Shown in pieces: positions 10,578 to 20,358 of a stretch of DNA of 64,000 nt. Source of the DNA: Gammaproteobacteria bacterium (lineage in GTDB: Bacteria; Pseudomonadota; Gammaproteobacteria; SZUA-229); the NCBI GenBank assembly GCA_016744065.1, contig JADGFA010000004.1, forward strand, positions 64,559 to 128,558, read 5' to 3'. The position numbers were made by a program, and so were the translations under genes. Every line of letters begins with the position of its first letter. Position 1 is the stretch's first letter. The notes below the pieces were generated by a model that saw nothing but the letters and a program-made list of their open reading frames with translations, was not told the DNA's origin and did not search any database.

Positions 10578-11051
10578 ATGACATTATGTTTAAATAAAAA
10601 AGCACCTGCTTTCACAGCTGATGCCACGGGTGAACAGACCCTTAGCCTGAAAGACTTTAAAGGGAAAAATCTGATAATATATTTCTACCCAAAGGATAAT
10701 ACCCCTGGCTGCACTCAGGAAGGCCAGGACTTTCGAGACCATTACACTCAATTTAAACGCGCTAAAACAGCTATCCTGGGCGTTTCCCGTGATTCAGTTC
10801 GGGTTCACACTAACTTTAAAGCCAAGCACGAATTCCCCTTTGATTTACTTTCTGACCCAAATGAGGAGCTGTGTAAATTATTTGATGTTATTCATCTTAA
10901 AAAAAATTACGGAAAAGAATATATGGGCATAGTACGCAGTACTTTTTTAATTGATTCTAAAGGTGTATTACAAGAAAAATGGCTAAATGTAAGGGTTAAA
11001 GGGCATGTAGAAGAAGTCCTGTCAGCAACCAGACAATACAAACCAGAATAA
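10578..11051 (+). CDS. bcp: Thioredoxin-dependent thiol peroxidase (peroxiredoxin Q/Bcp)
   Basis: 157 aa. Peroxidatic Cys motif FYPKDNTPGCTQE. Adjacent to gcvR as in E. coli. Confidence 0.85.
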   Translation: MTLCLNKKAPAFTADATGEQTLSLKDFKGKNLIIYFYPKDNTPGCTQEGQDFRDHYTQFKRAKTAILGVSRDSVRVHTNFKAKHEFPFDLLSDPNEELCKLFDVIHLKKNYGKEYMGIVRSTFLIDSKGVLQEKWLNVRVKGHVEEVLSATRQYKPE

Positions 11052-11186
11052 TCTACAAGCATGCTCCCAATGTATACACCTAACGAAGAAAGGCTATAAC
11101 AATACGGCTTAACATCAGGTTACTGATTAATAAATCCTTAAAAAAATCATCACCTTTTTTGACCGACTAAGCCCATAAGTCGCAAC

Positions 11187-11208
11187 AATAATGATAATAA
11201 TTATCATT
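11187..11208. promoter_or_regulatory. Fur box (iron-responsive operator) upstream of feoA
   Basis: AATAATGATAATAATTATC matches the 19-bp Fur consensus GATAATGATAATCATTATC at 17 of 19 positions, about 60 nt upstream of the feoA start. Feo operons are classically Fur-repressed. Confidence 0.7.
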
Positions 11209-11268
11209 GCCAACTACGTTTATTTGAATTAAAATATTAATATAAATTAATTCTGGGTAATCTCATAC

Positions 11269-11520
11269 ATGGCACAGGCAATACAAAACACTGATTCAAG
11301 TTACTCTCTGGCTCATGCCATACCCGGTGATCTGGTACGTGTAATCTGTGTGAATACCAATAATCAACTTAAAAAGCGCCTGGTTAGTATGGGTGTATCT
11401 ATTAATTCACGCCTGCATATCATACAGCGTCGAGGCAATGCGACCGTTGTTGGCTTTGATGCCAGCCGTATTGCTATTGGTGCCGACATGTCTCAGCAAA
11501 TCATGGTGTGTGCAGTTTAA
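11269..11520 (+). CDS. feoA: Ferrous iron transport protein A
   Basis: 83 aa SH3-like FeoA pattern (...GDLVRVICVN...LVSMGVSINSRLHII...). Directly precedes feoB. Confidence 0.8.
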   Translation: MAQAIQNTDSSYSLAHAIPGDLVRVICVNTNNQLKKRLVSMGVSINSRLHIIQRRGNATVVGFDASRIAIGADMSQQIMVCAV

Positions 11521-11532
11521 ACCGAGCTTTTC

Positions 11533-13905
11533 ATGAGTAAAGAATGCTGCGATACAGATCAGGGTTCACCTGATAGCAAATCCCATTACACCGTTGGCCT
11601 GTTAGGCAACCCTAATTGCGGTAAATCGACCTTATTCAATACCCTCACCGGTTCTCGCCAGAAAATTGGCAATTGGCCCGGCGTCACCATTGACCGTAAA
11701 GTGGGTCAGTTCGAATACCAGAATATCCCTTTTGATGTTGTTGACCTGCCCGGTGTCTACTCACTGGATAACAGTGCTCGTTCACTTGATGAAAAGGTCA
11801 CCCGAGATTACATTCTTTCATCCGAACCAGATCTAATCATAAATGTACTAAACGCCTCCAATCTGGAGCGCAATCTGTATTTAAGCGGACAACTGCTGGA
11901 AATGCAGGTGCCTATGATCATTGCACTTAATATGATGGATCTGGCGGATTCTCATGATATTAAAATAGATCAACAGGCATTGGCACAAAAATTCGGCTGC
12001 CCTGTCGTTGCTATTACGGCACATAAAAACATTGGCACCGAAGAGTTAATGCAGGTTGTATTACAGGCTTCACAAAAGCGCCAGCCACCAACACAACAAC
12101 TTCCTTACTCAAAAGATATTGAGCAGGCTATTCTCGACCTGCTTGCGTCTCTACCTGAAAACCATCCATATTGTGAACATGTGAACTGTCGCTGGATGGC
12201 TGCACAAATTTTAGATAATGACACGGGTATTGAAGACTTCAAAACCATTGACCGGGCTATTCTCGACCGCGCACAGGAGTTACGTGAGAAATTAGAACAG
12301 CAGCACAATGAAGATATAGATATTCTACTTGCAGATTGTCGTTACGGTTTTGCCCGTAAAGTGACTGAACAAATCATTTCACGACCAGATGAGTACAAAT
12401 ACTCTCTGTCTGACCGTATTGATAATATTGTTTTAAACCGTTTTCTTGGTATTCCTGTTTTTCTCAGTGTCATTTATCTGATGTTTTTATTTACCATCAA
12501 TCTAGGTGGCGCTTTTATCGATTTTTTTGATATTGCTGCCGGCGCTATATTTATTGACGGTTTCGGTGAAATACTCACCGCTCTGGGATTTCCAGACTGG
12601 ATACGCGTCATACTTGCAAACGGACTGGGAGGTGGCTTTCAGGTCGTAGCAACCTTCATTCCTATTATTGGCTTTTTATATCTGTTTTTATCATTTGTTG
12701 AAAGCACAGGTTATATGATGCGTGCTGCTTTTGTCGTAGACCGCTTTATGCGCACCCTGGGGCTTCCTGGCAAGGCTTTTGTTCCATTAATTGTTGGTTT
12801 TGGCTGTAATGTACCTTCAATTATGGCAACTCGTACACTGGAAAATCACCGTGAACGTATTATTACCGTCATGATGGCACCCTTTATGTCCTGTGGTGCA
12901 CGCCTGTCAGTATACGCTCTATTTGCTGCTGCATTTTTTCCTGAAGGTGGCCAGAATATCGTTTTCTTACTCTACATTGTCGGTATTCTTTTTGCTGTTT
13001 TCACTGCCTTTATTATTAAATCAACTTTACTACCTGGCGAAGCCTCACCTTTCCTGATGGAGCTACCAACATACCATGTACCTAAAACCCGTGATGTGCT
13101 AATACGCACCTGGTCACGCCTGAAAGGTTTTCTACTAGATGCAGGCAAAATTATCATTTTAATGGTGCTGGTTATTAACTTCCTTAATTCCTGGGGTACC
13201 GATGGTAGTTTTGGCAACGAAGACCAGAAAGACTCTGTTCTTAGTGCAATAAGTCGAAGCATTACACCTGTATTCTCTCCTATGGGTATAGAAGAAGATA
13301 ACTGGCCAGCAACTGTAGGTATCTTTACCGGTATATTAGCCAAAGAAGTAGTTGTAGGCACACTGGATGCCATTTATTCACAAATGGATCAACCCGCAGC
13401 AGGCACAACTGAAGAAGCCGAATTTTCACTTGGCGACTCACTAAATGAGGCCTTGCAAACTATCCCCGATAATTTACTGGATGTGCTCAATAACCTGACT
13501 GATCCCCTGGGATTCAATGTACTGGACAGCACCTCAGATCAAAATGCAGCTGCAGCTGAGCAGGATGTAGATACCGCAACATTTGGTGCAATGGTAAAAC
13601 GTTTTGATGGTCAAACAGGGGCTTTTGCTTACCTGTTATTTATATTGCTTTATGCTCCCTGCGTTGCCGCAACCGCTGCGATCTACCGCGAAGCAGGGGC
13701 ACGCTGGATGTGGTTTGCACTTGCCTGGAGCACGGGTATGGCATGGTCAGCATCGACTCTGTTTTATCAGTTAGCACGATTTAATCAACACCCCGCCTCA
13801 TCTATCGCCTGGATAAGTGCTATTCTAATTGCAATTACGCTTGCTATTGGTTACATGCGATATACCGGTCGTGCAGACCAGAAGCTGACAGAAGTCTCAA
13901 CATGA
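11533..13905 (+). CDS. feoB: Ferrous iron transporter FeoB (G-protein domain plus Gate-motif permease)
   Basis: 790 aa. G1 motif GNPNCGKSTLFN, G3 motif DLPGVYS, then a polytopic membrane domain with nucleoside-recognition/Gate repeats. Confidence 0.95.
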   Translation: MSKECCDTDQGSPDSKSHYTVGLLGNPNCGKSTLFNTLTGSRQKIGNWPGVTIDRKVGQFEYQNIPFDVVDLPGVYSLDNSARSLDEKVTRDYILSSEPDLIINVLNASNLERNLYLSGQLLEMQVPMIIALNMMDLADSHDIKIDQQALAQKFGCPVVAITAHKNIGTEELMQVVLQASQKRQPPTQQLPYSKDIEQAILDLLASLPENHPYCEHVNCRWMAAQILDNDTGIEDFKTIDRAILDRAQELREKLEQQHNEDIDILLADCRYGFARKVTEQIISRPDEYKYSLSDRIDNIVLNRFLGIPVFLSVIYLMFLFTINLGGAFIDFFDIAAGAIFIDGFGEILTALGFPDWIRVILANGLGGGFQVVATFIPIIGFLYLFLSFVESTGYMMRAAFVVDRFMRTLGLPGKAFVPLIVGFGCNVPSIMATRTLENHRERIITVMMAPFMSCGARLSVYALFAAAFFPEGGQNIVFLLYIVGILFAVFTAFIIKSTLLPGEASPFLMELPTYHVPKTRDVLIRTWSRLKGFLLDAGKIIILMVLVINFLNSWGTDGSFGNEDQKDSVLSAISRSITPVFSPMGIEEDNWPATVGIFTGILAKEVVVGTLDAIYSQMDQPAAGTTEEAEFSLGDSLNEALQTIPDNLLDVLNNLTDPLGFNVLDSTSDQNAAAAEQDVDTATFGAMVKRFDGQTGAFAYLLFILLYAPCVAATAAIYREAGARWMWFALAWSTGMAWSASTLFYQLARFNQHPASSIAWISAILIAITLAIGYMRYTGRADQKLTEVST

Positions 13906-14123
13906 TTTTAACTGAAATCAAAGACTACCTTAAAATTAGAGGCCAGGCTCCATTACGTGACATGGCACTGGAATTTAAAATGGAACAGGATGCCCTGCGC
14001 CCTATTCTTGAACACTGGAAAGCAAAAGGTAAAATAATACAATTACCCCAGGGTACGGGCTGTAACGGCGGTTGCCACAGTTGTGCACCTGAAACCATTG
14101 AGCTTTATCAATGGGTTGATTAA
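13902..14123 (+). CDS. feoC: FeoC-like transcriptional regulator (winged helix with Cys cluster)
   Basis: 73 aa. Overlaps the feoB stop by 4 nt. LTEIKDYLKIRGQAPLRDMALEF followed by CNGGCHSCAP resembles E. coli FeoC ([23 protein letters not shown]...CLSGSCKSCP). Confidence 0.7.
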   Translation: MILTEIKDYLKIRGQAPLRDMALEFKMEQDALRPILEHWKAKGKIIQLPQGTGCNGGCHSCAPETIELYQWVD

Positions 14124-14527
14124 AAAATCATCAACTGACGGCTATCAACGCTTTATCAAAAAATAAAAACTCTCTCCTTTTTTTCAAATATATAAACTGT
14201 AAAAACAAGCCGTCATATAATTCTCTTCGATCTAAACTACCTTTATTTTCAGATATGCCGGCCCCTGCTCATGACAAACATAAAATAAATAAGCCAATTA
14301 CATCAAATCCTGACGACACACAGCAGACTTAGATAAAAATTTCATTTCCATAAAAAATGACACCCCAATAATAAAACGCCTCATAAGAAAACTCAAAAGA
14401 TAATCATTTATAAACTAAAAACCTAAATAAGAAGTGTTTATATTTGTATTAATATTATCTATAATATCTCTTTTATAAATACACTGATCCTGAAAATTAA
14501 TTCAGATAACACTGGAGATTAGTACAA

Positions 14528-15661
14528 ATGACTTTATGTAAGACCTTAACCGGTGCACTTGTTGCCGCTGCACTCACCTCAACCAGCTCTTTTGCTGCCG
14601 ATCTTAACGACTTACAAAAACAAATTGATGAATTAAAAGTAGAAAACAGTCAGATTTTAGCTAATCTGGAAAACACATCCAGTTCTGCCCATAGCTCAAA
14701 CACAACAACAATTGGTGGTTATGGTGAGCTACATTACAACAACCTGAGCTCAGATATAACAAGCGCAGATAAGAAATCAATCGATTTCCATCGTTTTGTT
14801 TTATTCTTTGGTCATGAATTTAATAATGACATTCGTTTTTACTCTGAATTTGAGTTAGAGCACTCAATCGCTGGTGAAAGTAAAAATGGTGAAGTTGAAC
14901 TTGAACAGGCCTATATTGAATTTGATACCAGTGACAGCTCAAATATCAAAGCCGGTATATTTCTTATTCCTGTTGGGCAAATTAATGAAACCCATGAACC
15001 TCCTGCTTTCTACGGTGTCGAACGTAACCCGGTTGAAAAGAATATTATTCCAGCAACATGGTGGGAAGCAGGTGCCATGTACTCTGCCAATACATCAAGT
15101 GGCATAAGTTATGACCTGGCCATTCACTCTGGACTTTCCAATAACGAAGGTAAGATTCGTGATGCAAGGCAAAAAGTATCCAAAGCACCTGCTGATTCCC
15201 TGGCTTATACAGCGCGCATTAAATACACAGGTATTACTGGCCTTGAACTCGCAGGCACCATTCAGTATCAAAGTGATTTTTCACAGGGAACAGGTACGAC
15301 AGGCGATGCCGAAGATGGCACATTACTAGAGGCTCACGCTGTTTACACAACCGGTGGTTTGAAATTAAGTGCTTTATACGCAAGCTGGGATATCAATTTT
15401 GAGGGTGGCACAACCACAGGAAAGGATACTCAGAACGGTTCAATCATTGAAGCCTCTTACAAATTTAACAGTAAATGGGGAATATTCGCTCGTCAAAATA
15501 ACTGGACTAATGATGATGGCGCAACAGATAAAGCACAAACCGATATCGGTGTTAACTATTGGCCCCATGAAAGCGTTGTATTGAAAGCCGATTACCAGGC
15601 ACAAAACGATGAAGCTGATGACTTCGATGGTATTAACCTCGGTGTGGGTTACCAGTTCTAA
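14528..15661 (+). CDS. Outer-membrane porin with N-terminal coiled-coil segment
   Basis: Signal peptide ...SSFAA. Short coiled coil DLNDLQKQIDELKVENSQ. Remainder has amphipathic beta-strand periodicity and ends with the aromatic OMP signature ...NLGVGYQF. Located directly after feoABC. Confidence 0.55.
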   Translation: MTLCKTLTGALVAAALTSTSSFAADLNDLQKQIDELKVENSQILANLENTSSSAHSSNTTTIGGYGELHYNNLSSDITSADKKSIDFHRFVLFFGHEFNNDIRFYSEFELEHSIAGESKNGEVELEQAYIEFDTSDSSNIKAGIFLIPVGQINETHEPPAFYGVERNPVEKNIIPATWWEAGAMYSANTSSGISYDLAIHSGLSNNEGKIRDARQKVSKAPADSLAYTARIKYTGITGLELAGTIQYQSDFSQGTGTTGDAEDGTLLEAHAVYTTGGLKLSALYASWDINFEGGTTTGKDTQNGSIIEASYKFNSKWGIFARQNNWTNDDGATDKAQTDIGVNYWPHESVVLKADYQAQNDEADDFDGINLGVGYQF

Positions 15662-15725
15662 CAAATTCCATGTAAGACTCCTGAGCACCGTAAATTGGTC
15701 CTTACAAAAAGCTCGCTGGAATATT

Positions 15726-15753
15726 GGGAAGCACTAAAGTGCTTCCCTTTTCT
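15726..15753 (+). terminator. Rho-independent terminator after the porin gene
   Basis: GGGAAGCAC-TAAA-GTGCTTCCC perfect 9-bp stem followed by TTTTCT. Confidence 0.7.
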
Positions 15754-15811
15754 AATTTTAACAAATGATATTCCTACTGGTATTCAGGCATACACCTGAT
15801 AAAATCAGCCA

Positions 15812-16333
15812 ATGATTTATAAATTACTGTTTACATGTTTACTAATAGCGACTGGAAGTATCCACGCAAAAGGCACTTATCAACAGCCCGATGCATTTAT
15901 AGCCGAAGCGTTTACCCAGCAACCAAAACCACAGGTCATCTGGATAAAAGATGATTTACGTCATCAAATTGAACAAATTTTACAACATAAATATAAAGCC
16001 AGGCGCATTCGTTACTGGCAACAAAAAAAACGCAGCGTCTGGATATTAGAAGAAATTGGTAAAAAGAAGCCCATCACCGTGGGGGTTATTATTGATGCAA
16101 ACAAAATATCCCATTTAAAAGTACTGGTTTTCAGAGAAACCCGAGGCTGGGAGGTTCGATACCCTTTTTTTACTAAACAATTTAATCAACTATCACTTGA
16201 AGCGGATCATACTTTAAGTGAGTCAATTGATGGCATATCCGGTGCAACGCTTTCTGTACGTGCCCTGGATAAAATGGCCCGTATTGCCTTACTATTAAAT
16301 AATTATATTCAACAACAAGCTCATACAATATGA
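15812..16333 (+). CDS. Extracytoplasmic FMN-binding domain protein (ApbE-type flavinylation motif)
   Basis: 173 aa. Signal peptide MIYKLLFTCLLIATGSIHA. FMN_bind signature SIDGISGATLSVRA, matching the Dxx(S/T)GA(T/S) flavinylation motif. Confidence 0.65.
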   Translation: MIYKLLFTCLLIATGSIHAKGTYQQPDAFIAEAFTQQPKPQVIWIKDDLRHQIEQILQHKYKARRIRYWQQKKRSVWILEEIGKKKPITVGVIIDANKISHLKVLVFRETRGWEVRYPFFTKQFNQLSLEADHTLSESIDGISGATLSVRALDKMARIALLLNNYIQQQAHTI

Positions 16334-17097
16334 GCAGACGAAAAAAAGCTTTTCCATTTTTTTTATGGCATAGACGTATTGGCCTGGCTGCACTTATACT
16401 CGTTTGCATTCTGTCTATTACCGGAATTATGCTTAATCATACAGAAGAGCTAAAACTGGATGAAACAACAATTGAATCCAGCTTCATTCTAAACTGGTAT
16501 AACATTAATCCTCTAGGCACGCCTGTAAATTACAACTTGAATGACACCTGGATTAGTCAGTGGAACCAACAACTGTTTTTTAATGGAAAAAGTTTAACTA
16601 CACATAAAGAAAAATTGAAGGGAGCTATACAGATTAATGACATTATTGCAGTTGCACTGGAAAATGTTATTTTACTGCTTGATAATGAAGGTGAATTAAT
16701 TGAAATCATGTCCGCAGGCACTGATTTTCCCATTAAAAAAATAGGCTTCTTAAACAAAAAAATAAGTTTACTTGATTCACAAAATAATATTTATATTTCA
16801 GATACAAATTTTACCGCCTGGCATAAACACAAACAGTCGCCTTTAAACTGGGCGACACCCGAAAACCTGTCCGATAAAAAAATAACAACACTGCAACAGG
16901 CATTTCGTGGGCAAGGCTTAAACCTTGAAAAAGTTATTTTAGACTTACATTCAGGGCGAATCTTTAACTCAAAGTGGGGCATTTACATAATGGATGCCAG
17001 CGCTGTTTTAATGATATTACTGGGCTTTAGCGGTTTATGGGTCTGGTGGTCACGCAAACTCAAAATAAACAAAAAACATTCTAAAAAAAATTTTTAA
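16330..17097 (+). CDS. PepSY-associated TM helix protein
   Basis: 255 aa. Start overlaps the stop of the FMN-binding gene by 4 nt. N-terminal WHRRIGLAALILVCILSITGIMLNH (the PepSY_TM motif with conserved His) and C-terminal TM segment LHSGRIF...MDASAVLMILLGFSGLWVWW. Confidence 0.65.
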   Translation: MSRRKKAFPFFLWHRRIGLAALILVCILSITGIMLNHTEELKLDETTIESSFILNWYNINPLGTPVNYNLNDTWISQWNQQLFFNGKSLTTHKEKLKGAIQINDIIAVALENVILLLDNEGELIEIMSAGTDFPIKKIGFLNKKISLLDSQNNIYISDTNFTAWHKHKQSPLNWATPENLSDKKITTLQQAFRGQGLNLEKVILDLHSGRIFNSKWGIYIMDASAVLMILLGFSGLWVWWSRKLKINKKHSKKNF

Positions 17098-17132
17098 TTA
17101 AAAATATAACTTAAATTACCGGACTAAGCTCG

Positions 17133-18182
17133 TTACACCTTTACCTCTGGCCAGGCATTAATCACAGCCTGAATCAACGTTGCCAACGGAATAGCAAAAA
17201 ACACCCCCCAGACACCCCACAGGCCACCAAATACCAATACAGACATAATAATCGCTGCAGGATGCATATTAACCACCTCTGAAAAAAGCAGGGGTACCAG
17301 AACATTACCATCTAAAAACTGCACCGTTAGATAAACTAGCATAATATATAAAAAATCAGACCCCAGACCAAACTGAAAATAAGCAACTAATGCAACTGGG
17401 ATGGTTACTGCAACAGCACCAACATAAGGAATAATAACAGAGAGCCCAACAAACAAACTCAATAATGCCGCATACTGAAGATCAAATATTTTAAGTGGAA
17501 TATAGGTCGCTATACCAACAACAACAACTTCAAATAGTTTACCTCGTATATAACTTCCAATTTTTTTATCAACATCTGTCCATACTTTAGTTGCTAAACC
17601 ATCTTCTTTTGGTAAAAAACGACTAAGCCATTTAAGGATAATTCTCTTATCCTTTAAAAAGAAAAATACAAGCAACGGCACAACCACCATATACACAAGC
17701 ACCGTAAATAAATTCACCACCGATGATAAAGATTGAGAAACAACAAGCTGACCAACCGAAGCTATCTCAGAATTAATATGTAACACGATATCTTCAATTT
17801 GCACTTCTGATATAAAAGGATAATTCTGCGGTAAGCTCACTAACAGGCTTTGCCCTTTGGCAAGCATATTGGGCACTTCAAGAAAAAATTGCGCCATCTG
17901 TTTTGATATTAGAGGAGATAAGCCAAGCATCAGAACCAATAAGGTTACAACAAAACCGACTACAACCATACTCACAGCCAGAACATGAGGAATTTTTAAA
18001 TTGCACAGTCTCCACACAACCCCCTCAAGTACATAAGCAATAACCACAGCCGCGATAACAGGCGTCAGCACATTGCCCATAAAACCAATCAACGCAAAAC
18101 CAAAAATCAGCATTAAGGTAAGAATAACCGCCTGAGGATCTGAAAAATGTTGCTTATACCAATTTCGTAAAACTTTAATCAC
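17133..18182 (-). CDS. perM: AI-2E family transporter, PerM (YfgO)-like
   Basis: 349 aa. Aligns along its length with E. coli PerM (WYKQHFSDPQAV.../...FFLKDK...YIRGK...FGGLWGVWGVFFAIPLATLIQAVINAWP). Confidence 0.8.
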   Translation of the reverse strand: MIKVLRNWYKQHFSDPQAVILTLMLIFGFALIGFMGNVLTPVIAAVVIAYVLEGVVWRLCNLKIPHVLAVSMVVVGFVVTLLVLMLGLSPLISKQMAQFFLEVPNMLAKGQSLLVSLPQNYPFISEVQIEDIVLHINSEIASVGQLVVSQSLSSVVNLFTVLVYMVVVPLLVFFFLKDKRIILKWLSRFLPKEDGLATKVWTDVDKKIGSYIRGKLFEVVVVGIATYIPLKIFDLQYAALLSLFVGLSVIIPYVGAVAVTIPVALVAYFQFGLGSDFLYIMLVYLTVQFLDGNVLVPLLFSEVVNMHPAAIIMSVLVFGGLWGVWGVFFAIPLATLIQAVINAWPEVKV

Positions 18183-18543
18183 TATGCTTTACCAAAGTCG
18201 CTTTAAATTTACTTTCAAATAATACTTCCAGATCATCTATTACATCAACCGCTGACTTACCCTGCATCATGTGCTGCATCATAAACTCTGAAGTTTCGTT
18301 TAATAATTCTTTTTGCAAAATCATTGGATAATTTTTCTTTAGACGTTTAATCGCTGCAACCACACTTTCTTTTTCTGGCCTTTCAATACCGAGAGGTTCG
18401 GTTATTTTCGATACAGGTTCAGGTGCGCGAGATTTTAAAAACTCAGCAAACTCAAACAACATAAACTGATCTTTTTCGGGAAGATTTCCAAAAATTATAG
18501 ATAAAGACTGAGATGAAGGTTTCAATATTTCTCTCCTGAGCAA
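18175..18543 (-). CDS. Hypothetical protein
   Basis: 122 aa ORF whose stop overlaps the perM start by 8 nt, suggesting translational coupling. No recognisable motif. Confidence 0.4.
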   Translation of the reverse strand: MLRREILKPSSQSLSIIFGNLPEKDQFMLFEFAEFLKSRAPEPVSKITEPLGIERPEKESVVAAIKRLKKNYPMILQKELLNETSEFMMQHMMQGKSAVDVIDDLEVLFESKFKATLVKHSD

Positions 18544-18767
18544 ACATATATGTGTTCTGAAAAAGTCGCTTGAACATTATGAAATCAGATGACTCTTCAG
18601 ATATTAATACAACATAACACGTTCAGGAAACAGACCATTTTCCAGAATCAATATAATAGAAAAATCATTGGCCGTTTTATAGAAACTGACTTCCCTTGCT
18701 CATTGCAGCCAGTCCCTACAAAAAATCGTGATTTATAAGTAACAGTCTTACCGAACACCTGGAAAAA

Positions 18768-19670
18768 TCATTTACCCGGATGGGCAATACAATACTGCTT
18801 GGCAAACTCCAGTAACTCTTCCATCGCCCGAACTTTAAATTTATGACGCTGATGAACAAATGAAAATGGTCTTTCTAGCGGTGGGTCTAATGGTATAGCA
18901 ACTAAAGTATTCAGTTTTATTTCTTTCTGCACCGTTGACTGAGACATGATAGATACTCCCATACCCGCCTCCACTGCACTTTTAATCGACTCCGGACTAC
19001 CTAACTCAAGGCATACATTAGGCTCTTCTTTAATGCCGTTATCCTGTAAGTATTCAGCAATAACTTCACGGGTACCTGAGCCTTCTTCACGACAGATAAA
19101 TGGGTATGAAATAATTTGCTGACTTGAAATGGCATCAAAATGAGTTAATTCATGCTCAGGCGGCATAATAACGACCAACTGATCCATACGACACACATCA
19201 ACCTGTAAGTTTTTATTACTAACAGATGCTTCAACAATGCCTAAATCAATAATATTATTTTCCACCATAGAAACAATACCATCGGTATTCGATACCTTCA
19301 GACGAATATTCACTTCAGGATTTTTAGTCTTAAAATCACCCAATAAAAATGGCAACATATATTCAGCTATTGTAGTGCTGGCTCCCAAAGTAACCACACC
19401 GCTCACATCACCTGTCATTTCACGAATAGAGTGCTCCATTTCATCATAGAGCTCAAAGATACGACCAGAGAAACTATAAACACGCTGACCAGCCTCGGTC
19501 AGGCTTACTCGATTATGCGTTCGGTCAAATAATCGGGTATTAAAATATTCTTCTAACTGACGAATTTGAAAAGTGACCGCCGGTTGAGTCATGTGTAGAG
19601 CATCCGCTGCCTTGGTAAAATTCAGTAACTTGGCTACTGTATGAAATACTTTTAGTCGTCTATCTGCCAT
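18768..19670 (-). CDS. LysR-family transcriptional regulator
   Basis: N-terminal HTH LKVFHTVAKLLNFTKAADALHMTQPAVTFQIRQLEE and C-terminal substrate-binding domain. Divergent from the DUF4124-MIF gene pair. Confidence 0.85.
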   Translation of the reverse strand: MADRRLKVFHTVAKLLNFTKAADALHMTQPAVTFQIRQLEEYFNTRLFDRTHNRVSLTEAGQRVYSFSGRIFELYDEMEHSIREMTGDVSGVVTLGASTTIAEYMLPFLLGDFKTKNPEVNIRLKVSNTDGIVSMVENNIIDLGIVEASVSNKNLQVDVCRMDQLVVIMPPEHELTHFDAISSQQIISYPFICREEGSGTREVIAEYLQDNGIKEEPNVCLELGSPESIKSAVEAGMGVSIMSQSTVQKEIKLNTLVAIPLDPPLERPFSFVHQRHKFKVRAMEELLEFAKQYCIAHPGK

Positions 19671-19850
19671 AACATTTACTTATAGGGGCTCGAAGGAGGC
19701 GTTATACTACCAAAATCAGCACAGCATATGCAAAGATTATGTTGTCATATATCTATTGAATAGTCATTATTCCTGCTGATAAAAATAACATATCATGGTA
19801 AATCTACTATAGAATCAGGTAATAACCTTCTAATAGAGAAAGCAAACACT

Positions 19851-20357
19851 ATGATTTTAAACAGGAAAACACTATATCCGTTAATTCATCAGGCCCTGCT
19901 TTTAAGTGCACTCGCTATCAGTAGCACTGGCTCTCTGGCTGGAATATACAAATGGGTGGATGCCGAAGGCAAGGTTCATTATGGACAACAGCGCCCGGCG
20001 AATGAAACAGCCGAAAAAATGACTGTACAACAATATGCACCACAAGACTCTTCCACCTATAAACGCCCTGGCACACAGAGTTCAGATGACCAAACTGGGG
20101 AAAAACTGGCAGATGATGCTAAAAACCAGACTCAGGACAAACCCCCAATAAAACCTGAAAAGAAAAAAGAAAGTAAGGCCGATAAAAAACGTCGCTTGGC
20201 CGCCTGCGCTCAAGCTCGCTCGAATCTATCAAAAATGGAATCTATTGGCCGTATTCGCAGCAAAGATAAAGACGGTAATGTGACCTATGTTTCACAAAAA
20301 CAAAAAGAAGCACGAATGAAACAGGCCAGAAGCTTGATTTCTAAGCATTGTAAATAA
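19851..20357 (+). CDS. DUF4124 domain-containing secreted protein
   Basis: Signal peptide followed by IYKWVDAEGKVHYG, the hallmark of DUF4124. Lys-rich, low-complexity C-terminal half. Confidence 0.6.
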   Translation: MILNRKTLYPLIHQALLLSALAISSTGSLAGIYKWVDAEGKVHYGQQRPANETAEKMTVQQYAPQDSSTYKRPGTQSSDDQTGEKLADDAKNQTQDKPPIKPEKKKESKADKKRRLAACAQARSNLSKMESIGRIRSKDKDGNVTYVSQKQKEARMKQARSLISKHCK

Positions 20358-20358
20358 A

